Assembly: GCA_051313645.2 (NCBI GenBank)
Contig: JBNRSN020000012.1
Coordinates: forward strand, 32,488,001-32,552,000
Reading direction: 5' to 3'
Length of the DNA: 64,000 nucleotides
DNA from: Centroscyllium fabricii
Lineage: Eukaryota
Within the stretch, counting starts at the first letter, position 1. The number at the start of each line of letters is the position of its first letter. The position numbers and the translations under genes are program-made. Shown here in pieces: positions 36,901 through 47,518 of the stretch. Under the pieces are notes generated by a model that did not search any database, was not told the DNA's origin, and saw only the letters and a program-made list of their open reading frames with translations.

Positions 36901-39001
36901 TTTTTTTTAAAGACATGATTTTACGCATTATTTGAAATGCCCTGATGCTAAATGTCACTGTATAGTCAGGATTCTTTGTATACCGTTTCCGTGTGTTAGA
37001 TACCGTTCCGTTTATTATACTTATCCCTATTAAAACTGATTCGAATGAAGTTAGTCAGTTGGCTTTTTGCGCGCAAGGATAGCTCTGAAGTCGCCGACTT
37101 TTGAAATACCATATCGTTTGACCCCTGACCCGTGACCGACCACATGTGCCAGAGCCACACAATGCCACATAATGCATACCTTCCAAAATATTAGCTGTGT
37201 TGAAAGTAAAGTCACTGACCAAAGTTGAAAACAACAGTTCAAAATATAAGTGCTCTTTATTTTGACCAGCAAACGGAATGCATATTTTTCCCGATTATTA
37301 CGTTGATATAAAGCTGTCCTTTAGTTATATCCACGATAGGGGCTCCAGTGGTGAGTGCTTCAGTGATTTGTTTCTTTTTTCTGTGTTTTTTTAAAAACTT
37401 TCCTTTCTTATTATTCATGCAACCGAGATTATGTATGATTTGTACACTTGCACTGGGTAAAAAATACCTCAACAAAGCAAATTCAAATTTCAGCTCGTAT
37501 TCCAGCGATGTCTGGGCAAACTCAAGTATCAACTGTTAGTTAAAATAGCGCCCAAAGCCTCGCCTTTAAACAAATTATTATACTTCCGATTAGGCAGACA
37601 CGCGCGTTTCTAGTATTTTATTTCAAGCAGCCCATGACTTTGAATTAAAATTCCAACTGCCAAAGGTTTGTCTGAGAAACTTTGGGGGGTGGGGGGAAGT
37701 TTTGCAGGTCACCCTTTGCCTTTACCCATTATCCGCCTGCCCGCCTTGAGATCACCGTTAGAGATTTGATTGGTATTTGGGGCGATGTGTTCAGACAGAG
37801 CTATTTCCATTTTCTGAAATTATTTCCAACATATATATACAAAGTAATATTCCCCTGTGAAATTCGCGTTACAATCTTTGTAGGTGTTTTACCCAACGTA
37901 TTGGTGTGTCCCGTGTTTGAAATAAAAGATTTTGACACTAATTCCTCTTTTTTTTTTACTGAATTTATTCACGGGGTGTTTAAAGATTACGCAAAGAGTT
38001 AAAGCCTCCAGATTTCCAAATTTTGGGGAGGACAAACTTTGTATCCTTGTGTTTGGCTTTTTTCCCCCCTCTATTCGGACGTCAGTGGAACTGTAACCCT
38101 AACAGAGGCGATGATGACATTGGAAATACGCGCGTGGTTTTGTTGAAATGTATATTTTTGATTTTTCAAAAAGCTACCGTAAAGTATGTCAGGACACAAA
38201 TGCTTTCACGTTGTACCTGAAAATTCAGCAGGTTTGGGGGATTGGGCCAATCTATCAGCAGCTGTGGTTAAGTTTAAAGATAAGGTTGCAAATCTACAGC
38301 AAGAACTGAAACGTCACAAATATATCCTGCAAATAATATGGTATTGGGCCAAATAAAATTCGAGAAAAAAAACACGTAAAAAACAGAACGGAAAAAATAG
38401 GAGGCCATGCCTACTATGGCGGTTTTGGATCAATCATTTCTTCTGGAAAATATTACGTTCACACAGTAATCATTTATTTTAGTATTACTAGATGCATTCT
38501 ATGCACAAGCAGCCTTTTAACTGTTCAACAGGACAAAGGGTCGCCCCATTAGATGTGGCCAGGTATCCACTGCGACGCTGTGATTCCCCTTCTTGTAGCC
38601 TAAAACCTGACTGGAAGAACTTGAAACTAAAAATATAAGCGAACCGTGTCATTTTGACAATCTTGTTATTTCTTAAAAGAACATCTGTATCCTTAAAGCA
38701 CACGCCCAACAATTTCCAACTTTGCTTCATTGGAGTCGCTTGGTCTATCTGTCTAGTTATCTGGCTATTTAGTTATCTGGCTATTTATTTATCTGCAACA
38801 TTGTACCAAAAAAAGTTACTACGCCTGCACTTTTTTTTAGGTTGTCAAACATCCCACGGTGTTGCTGGCGCTGTCTGAGGTATGTGTAATTTAATGGAAT
38901 GGACGTATTTTGGAATAAAGTGCAGACTCTTACAAAATTACACTCACGGTGAAAGATGACGATGCACTGGTTATTTTGCAGGTCTGTGTATTTTTTTAAC
39001 T

Positions 39002-39217
39002 NNNNNNNNNNNNNNNNNNNNNNNNNNNNNNNNNNNNNNNNNNNNNNNNNNNNNNNNNNNNNNNNNNNNNNNNNNNNNNNNNNNNNNNNNNNNNNNNNNN
39101 NNNNNNNNNNNNNNNNNNNNNNNNNNNNNNNNNNNNNNNNNNNNNNNNNNNNNNNNNNNNNNNNNNNNNNNNNNNNNNNNNNNNNNNNNNNNNNNNNNNN
39201 NNNNNNNNNNNNNNNNN
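39002..39217. other. Assembly gap (216 N) in the Zic1-Zic4 intergenic region
   Basis: Run of N; the right flank is CA-rich. Confidence 0.99.
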
Positions 39218-42200
39218 CTCACATACACACACAGCATTATGCTTCAAAAATAGAGTTGCTCGTCACAGTTAAATTTGGAATTTCTTGCCATCGACCTAAT
39301 TTAAAACCGTGACTGTGTACAAGTTAAAACATAGGCATCGCCAGTTCCAATACAGGTGTGACGTTTCACATCCTCCAATGATTAACTTGCAGCTAAATGC
39401 GAATTAGAAATTACACTCACTGAAATCCAGGCTTGCATGTGACTGACTCAATTGTTCATCATATTCAAATTCCTGTAATTATATTTAAAACCACTTTTTA
39501 TACTAAACGGATGTAATGGGCTGTTTCAGGTCTTACCATGGCATTATTGCACTCTCAATAATATACCAAGGAAGTAAAAGTTGTAATTTGCTCGCTTGGT
39601 AAGTTATTGGCGCAAAAGTTTATATTATCTTCTGAATAAATATGAATACGCTGAGGTATGTGTAACCACAATCGTTGCCTGACGAGACTATCAGTATAAA
39701 AAAAACACTTACCTATGGAATTAGGTTCAAACATAAACATTTAAAAAGGCACCGGGACATCTCTTAACTCATGGTTTTCAACCTCCAGTCTGTATCGTTG
39801 TCACTTACAGTGTTTTATGTGGTCGCATACTGTACAAATTAGTGACAGTACATCCCACAAGCAGCTGTTTGCTGTAGTTCAATGTTCTCTGCGTGGCAGT
39901 ACTAGAATTAATATTTGACGACCATCGCATTGTAACAACAACCTTCGACCCGGTGTGCCTGGACTGCCACATTATTCTATGACACTTGCTTTATTTAATT
40001 CATTTACGGACGATTTGAGTGTAATGTAAGTTGGAAGCGTATTTGGATCACTTTAAGGCGGAGGCTTTGATCTCTTTGATGGGGTTCTACCCTCTTATAA
40101 GTATCGGGGTTACAGGTATCAACATAGCAGTGTTTAATCACAGCCACATCCACTCGGACCGTATCAGAAAAGCTTTACAAACTGGTTTAACAACGATCGA
40201 GAGGTAATGTACAGAAGTTAGCATGAATATATCTGTCGGTTTACTGTCGCCAAAGCTAGTTGCTTGTGAAAAGCTGACAGGAGGAATGACCATAACTTTG
40301 AAAGTGGATTTCTTTTCCTCACAGTCGTTCTGTATTTCCACAGTGAGAAGACAACTGCATAACTTGTGGACCCATTTAAAACTAACGCTATCAGAGCATT
40401 AATATTGTCCGGCAATACCAATAAGGATATCGCTCAAATGTGTAGCCTTCACAAGTATGTTTTTTTTGTAAATTGGCCTGTTGTTGTAAAATATTAAAAA
40501 ATATTCGCGAAGATAAGTGCTCTGCATTCGTTACACGAATACAACGGCGAGTTTAAAGGTGCTTCTTGTTAGAGTAACCATTCTGCATTGCTACAATCGT
40601 GTGCATATTATATAGAATGGATGGTGCAAGCTGTCTTGTTTCTAGTTTCTTTCCCTAGCACTTTAGTGTTCCAGCCATACACTGGTTATAGGGGACACAG
40701 ACCTCGATGGCTATCTCCGCGATCAGCGTGGCAGGTAAATGAACGAGTCATATGGTGTCTGTTTCTGAACTGGAATTGTGTTTGAAATCTCGCAATATCC
40801 TATATTATTGAGGTACTATGTGCAGCATGTGTACGTTGCGGCGATACTAAAGGTGTAACTAGTGACCTTAAATGAACTATAACTAGAGGTGTATATAGGG
40901 CCCCCAGTTTTCTCCACCATGGTGATAACTTGTTATCACACCCTAACTTCCTTCGATGGGAGAAAGTGTAAAGCATAGTGAAACAAATGTTTGCTTCCGT
41001 CTAGTACCTCATGCCTGTAGAATACAACTATACTGCCTGGATACAGGTTTCCTAGCCTTTTGTTATTTAAATTGTTATTACAAATATATAATAGCATGTT
41101 TTTAAAAAAAAAATTAAGCTGACGTTTGCAATATTGCACGCGTGCAAAGCAGGTATGATGTCGTTACTGAAGCATTGTCCAGGCAAATCCAAACAATGCA
41201 ATCAATAGGTGCTGCTTGAAGGATACTTTCAATAATGTCATTAACCAGCCAACAGTCTAACGGTTATTGGTACATAAAATTAACATCGTCAGTTACTAGG
41301 GGGAGGGGTCTCTATGCGGCATCACAAATAGGGCAAGTACAGAATAAACATTTTTTTTAAAGGTAATAAATCGGCAATACAGTAAAGGTAAAGCGTGACC
41401 CTGATTTCAGTTCTTTAACTTGCACCACACTGATTATGCTAATTAACCGCAGTGTATCATTCAGTATATTATAGTCACCACGTTTCTTTAATCTGGGATA
41501 GTGTTCTTGTTTAATTATTGTTTTTTTTAATAACAACTGTTTGCATATTTTTGCACATAAACATGCTACACAACTTTTTTCCTGAATCAAAATTCTTTAA
41601 CTAAACAGTTATACGAATGCATCTTGATGAAGGCAGAATGCAGCGAATTCTAGCAACATATATGATTACTAATGTAAATCACACACAGCTTGAGTGTGTG
41701 GAGTCAATCCTAGCAATTCGTAAACTAGCCCATTCTATTTTGCATTTTTGTATATTTTATTGCAGATTTCATGTTCCTCGATTTTATTTTAAGTTCTTTT
41801 TCGGATGATTGAATGGGGAAAATCATTGCCCTGCCCCAGAAATGTAATTGGATCATAGTATTTGTTGACAACTTTCTCCGATTAAACCTTATGATTTAAA
41901 CTACAAACATGCACAGACCCGTACACATACAACCAAGGCAAATTAATCTGTAGTAAAGGTGAAGTATTTCCTTGTTCGTTACGCTAAACGTTTGGTGGGA
42001 GGGTTGAGAGGTACAAGTTTAACGCATGGAATCTTGGGAGTCTAAATAACGAGGCTTCGAGCTGTTTTTTCAAATCGAGTTTGTGATTAAAAAGGGGCTT
42101 ATGAAAAGATTGCACTAAAACAACGCCAGAGTTAAGCTTCAGTAAAAAGAAAGGGTTTTTCCCGAAACTGCTTTATCGCAACGCGTTTCTCGAAAACAAA

Positions 42201-42808
42201 TTTCGCGAGAAAATAATTTTATTTGGAATTTACACTGCTCGGTTGCAATATAATCAAAGCGAATACCACGCCTATTTGTTGCATTTCGAATAGTTTTTTT
42301 TTTCCGCTGGGTTTCACTCCGCACTAGGGCTTAATCAAGGTTCCTTAGCATCTCTGTTGGACTTCTGTAGTGTTGATCCTGTAGTCTGCAAACCTGGAAT
42401 TCTGCAATAATTTCCTGTTTATAATGGGGCGAAGGAAGCTGTGAACTGCCCGCCATAAGAGGGGTATAACGTCTGCCTCGTGTTATTCTGTGACATCTTA
42501 ATCACATAGAGAAATATCCTGTCGATATCAAAAGCAGTAGCAACACGCTAATTTCTGGAGCATTTAGTTTGGGGCACAATGTAAACCATATTTCGAGCAA
42601 AAAAAAAAAACTTTCTGCACTTTATCAGCGTTTACAATCTTGGCAACTAAATTAAACGATAGGCTGGAAGGATCAATTACGTAAAATGGAAAGGTAAACC
42701 AAAGACCCCTCACCTTAACTGTATCTTTAGATAGTAGTGTACACATGATGGTACCGTGCATATTCTATACTTAACCTAAAGTACAAAACTCTCCATCTGG
42801 TTAAATAA

Positions 42809-42984
42809 TTGCAAGAAGTCACACAACACCAGATTATAGTCCAACAGTTTTATTTTAAATCACAAGCTTTCGGAGCGACGCTCCGAAAGCTTGTGATTTA
42901 AAATAAAACTGTTGGACTATAATCTGGTGTTGTGTGACTTCTTGCAATTGTCCACCCCAGTCCAACACCGGCACCTCCACATCA
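42809..42984 (+). mobile_element. Penelope-like fold-back element, copy D (perfect 71-bp arms)
   Basis: TSD TGGTTAAATAA (42798-42808 / 42985-42995); arms 42807-42877 and 42879-42949 with a 1-nt spacer. Confidence 0.82.
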
Positions 42985-45900
42985 TGGTTAAATAACGTTG
43001 ACAATGAAGGATCACCAACGTGATCGCAATGTATATTTCAATTGAAGAATATTGTTTTCTCAAAAGTCTATTGTAATGAAATAGTCTTCCTTTCTAAGTC
43101 TTATATTTCAACATTAAATAATAAGCAAAAGTCAGAGTCCATGTAACGTTATGTGTAATAAACGTATACTTTGTATAGTATATTGCACTCACCCACAAGC
43201 TGTAAATTGGTTATTTTACAATACGATTGCTTAGGAGTTTATATTACACTATGTTTACGTTTTGGGAAACATTTATATATTGCAACGTGCGTAAGCACTG
43301 TGTCCTTTTCTAGGGACTGTCACTTGCGACTGAGAAATTGCTCGAAAGACAACGGACTAGCTGACACCAAGGTGGGGGCTTAACCAGGTAATGGAGCAGC
43401 ACATGTACAAATCCCAGTCTAAGCCTGCAGTGTGAAGCCCAGGAGGCTGAAATATAAACGTGTCAACACTCACAGATCCACATTGCAGTCTTCTCTGTTA
43501 CACGTTAGAGCTTTGGGTGAAAAAAATAACTCCAAATCGTGCTGGTTATGAACTCAGCTTTTGGTTCCGAGTGATGGCCTGAGACTGGGCTCGACATTAT
43601 GGCAGATGTAAATAATATGGGCAGAAACAGAAAGGAAAATGCCAGCAATTGAAACACTTATTGCAGATAATGAGAAAAAATGCAGCTTTTGATGCAACGT
43701 TAATCTAGCCTTCGTTGTACAGAATTAATGTTCTAAAGCCTTTACTACCTACATTTGAAATGACTGCTCAATAGTGAATATGAGTTAATTACATTTTTTT
43801 GCATTATCTGAATGGCGTGTCTTCAGCTAATTTACGTTTTGGGGTTTAGTGTTTACAAATTCACCGAGCCCTTCATTATATTTAACTTGCTACGACTGCC
43901 GAGAATTGTTTTGAACAACTGTGTGATCTTCTTTCCCACCGCCATTCCCCTTCCCCTCCCCCACGTGTGCTCATCTGATCATACTTTTCTTTTAACCATT
44001 TTTCTTTCTTGTTCGGAGTGTTTGCCTGTCTCTGGATATGTTCCTCGCACGTATATAGATAGCATTGCTTACGTCTTTCTGCTTCTTATTCTTATCCCAC
44101 CTTAAATTTGCACTTTGTCTCTCTTCACCCCCCCCCCCCACCACCCCCCTCCCCATCTCATAAATTTCTACCCATGCTATTGCTCCCACCTCCCTTTCAA
44201 AAACCTACCTTTTTTTCTCTCTCTTGTATTGTAGGTCTGCTGTGCGCTAGACTGCGGGCTTCAAGCCCTGTCGCAGACCAGCTTAGGGACGGCGGCCTAA
44301 ATCCACGGAAATCGCAGCACCAGCTTTCCGTTCCCCCTTTAGCTTTCTTGCTGCACAACCTAAAGGGCTACAGCATACAGAATTTGAGTTAGTAGCCCGC
44401 TTTGTCAATCTCCTCCTCCCTGAAAAAATAAAGTCTAAACTACTTTTGCAAGATGGTTAGACAGACGTATGTGCTCAGGTCCAGTTAAACCGACGATGTG
44501 CACTGAGGACAAGTTACACTTGCAGACATAAGACTGTATACTGGGGGCGAGGGGTTGAGGCGAGCAGTACGTTCTGGTGTCAGGAGAAAAATATGAAAAC
44601 GTGAGGCTGATATAACGAGCGGAGTTCGGTCTAAACCGCCTCTCATTCATGTGTGTGCGGAGACGCAGACGAGCCACTGGCAATCTATCATTGCGCTATC
44701 TTTCTCTATGCCTCCCGATAGTCCACTACAGTTTACTTTTTTTCTCCCCCAGCGATGCGAGTTTCCTTCGTGTTTATTATAGATTCTGATAACACGGCGT
44801 CGGTTCGCCTTCACGAACTGTGTCTTGGAATTGGAAACACGTTTTTTGAGAAAAAAAACTGCAATGAACGTTTGCATCCATGTGATGCAGGCAATAATTC
44901 AAATCTCTTGGCAATCTGTCGAAACAAAGTATTGAAACAAACAACAACAACAAAACTTGCCAAGCCTAAGAAAATAAAAGTATCTCCCCGCCCCATACCA
45001 CACCCCCTCCGCCAGAACCAAAACTTCCCCAGGATTTTGGCTTAACACAATTACCAACCCGGGACTGCAGGCAAGGGGAACTCAGTAAGTTCGTGCATGC
45101 TGAGCAAAGTTTCAGACTCAAGTCTCGGGGAGAGAGAGAGAGAGAAAAAAAGTTAACAGATGCCTTTGACTGGGGATCTCTTTGATGGTCTGCGCCGCTA
45201 AGAACAACCAGCCGTCTGATTTTGTCAAAAAAACATAACACGCCTGGAAGTCGGCTGGTGTCAGGAGAGATAAAAATCACGAACTAATTTCCCGCCTGAG
45301 CATAACAGGCCATAACCCCATTTTCAGTTCAGTGCTGCCCGTGACTTCCTTCTCTCACACAAAAAAAAACCTAAATTCTTGCATAAGCCGCAGGAGCTGG
45401 TGTGGATCAATAAGGGGGTGTGCGAGATATTACTGAGTAGATGGCGGTGTTTGACCGGCTCGATGGAAGGATAAACTTTCCAACGCGTCTAACTGTATAT
45501 TTGTTCCTGAAACAAACCATTGCAACACCTCATAAATGATCAAATCCTGCTGCAATACACTTTTTCGCTGTCCTCTTCAGCCTGACAGACGGTTCCATAT
45601 CAACACCATCATGCAAGCCTATTAATAAGCAGCGGATCTAATTTAATTTCATAATGTAAGGAAACTTTAAAAATATATAGATAGATAAATAATTAAGGAG
45701 TAACCTTCACCAGAACCGTTAAATCCTGTCCCAATCCATCGTTGGTTGATGGATCTTATTGCCTTTCCCTCCCCTCAACACTCTAAGAAATGAATTACAA
45801 AATGATCAAATGTCTAACGTAGAAGGTTAAAAAAACCCACTAAACATTCATTCTTTGCGGGTAAAAAAAAATCCCGCTCAGATCAACTTAAAAAATCTGC

Positions 45901-46124
45901 ATTGTTGTTATTTAAGGAAAAGTGGCCTTCAGCAGCAGAAAATCTGTTAAAACGAGTTTACAAAACAGTTACAGGGTTTTTGCTAATAAAATTAGTCTGT
46001 TGCAAGAAACCAACAAAACAAAACCCACATCCTGCAGCCAAAAAAGACCTTTCTGTGTTCTCTTCAACACCCCGCTCCCCCCACCCCCGGTGTAATACGC
46101 ATGTGCCCTGACTGGGGTCCGTAA

Positions 46125-46165
46125 CTGGAGCTGTCAATCATCGCAAACTGACCAATGAGATTGCT
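46125..46165 (+). promoter_or_regulatory. Candidate Zic4 promoter module: PBX-MEIS/PKNOX decamer plus CCAAT
   Basis: CTGTCAATCA (46131-46140, reverse complement TGATTGACAG) followed by CCAAT (46152-46156), ~200 nt upstream of the Zic4 ATG. Confidence 0.5.
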
Positions 46166-46356
46166 TGTTGCTCGCGGAGCTCGACGGGCTGCAAAGCTGT
46201 TCATGAATCTCAATTCAGTTTCTCAATGCGTCCTGCTGCTGCTATCCGTCTGCACTCTCTACACCGAATGGCTATCCACGTTGGCAAAGAGCGAGTTTCT
46301 AAAGTTCGGTAACTTAAAAAAAAGTTTCTTTTATTATTTTTCTGCTGTCAGGCATT

Positions 46357-47518
46357 ATGAGCATGGATGCTTTGGGGAGTCCGATGATGGACCCATCATT
46401 CGCCAAAAGAAATCCAGCGCTGAGATTAGTAGATTTGGCAGGAGCTCACCACCATCATCATCACCATCCCCCTCAGAGCATGACAGGCTTCCCGGGGCTC
46501 AGCGGCCATCCCCACTCAATGGCACACACGCACCCTGGGGAGAGTGCTGGAGAACCCCGCCTGGGGCCGAGTCCATTCGGGCCTGAACACATGGGGCACC
46601 CTGCAGCCGCCGCTGCGCTTAAACTCAGCCCAACCCATCCCCACCACCATCACCACCATCATCATCACCATCATATGGCAGGCCACGCTGAGGTTGTCGC
46701 CAATCCAACGGCAGCTTTTGGCCCAGCGCAGGCAGCAGCAGCAGTCAGTTACTCAGTCTCGCACTCCCACGCCAGCTACACTGCCCAGGCTATCTCGGCA
46801 GGTAGAGACTTCCTCATCCGCAGAGATCTGACATCCTCAGTCATGCCTGGGATCACTGATCAATATCCTGGCACAAGTTCTCACCACGGAATGTTTGTAT
46901 CAACAACAGGTAGCTACCCCGGACACCATGGTCACCCCGAGGCTGGAAGCCACTCTTTATTCCCTGGACTCCATGATCAGGCTCCCCTTTCAGCCCCAAC
47001 TGGACACCATCTGAACGGACAGTTAAGACTGGGGCTACCTGGAGACATGTACGCCAGGTCTGAGCACTACAGCCAAGTGGCAAGTTCCAGGAGTGACCCA
47101 TTCGCCTCTTCCCCTCTGCATGGCTACGGTGGCATGAATATTAACATGAACTTAACTGCCCACCACGGTCCAGGTGCATTCTTTCGCTACATGAGACAAC
47201 CCATCAAGCAGGAACTGATTTGCAAGTGGACTGAACCGGACCCTGTCACTAAAAAGCCATGCTCCAAAACTTTTAGCACGATGCACGAACTGGTTACTCA
47301 CGTAACAGTGGAACACGTTGGGGGACCAGAGCAGTCGAACCATATCTGCTTCTGGGAAGAGTGTCCAAGAGAGGGAAAGGCTTTCAAAGCCAAATATAAA
47401 CTTGTAAATCACATCAGAGTCCACACTGGCGAGAAACCATTCCCCTGTCCATTCCCTGGCTGCGGCAAGGTCTTTGCCAGATCAGAAAATCTCAAGATCC
47501 ACAAAAGAACTCACACAG
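46357..47518 (+). CDS. ZIC4: Zic4 coding exon 1 (His tracts, ZOC-like motif, ZF-NC, zinc fingers 1-3)
   Basis: [37 protein letters not shown]..., [37 protein letters not shown], fingers to HKRTHT-G|gt at 47519. Head-to-head position relative to Zic1 matches the known Zic1-Zic4 pair. Confidence 0.93.

Noticed and set aside
38956-39312. ORFs spanning poly-X
   Set aside because: Artefacts of the N gap.
47152-47424. Near-identical antisense ORFs at 47152-47424 and 32470-32865
   Set aside because: Shadow frames of the converted zinc-finger tract; they corroborate the nucleotide identity but are not genes.
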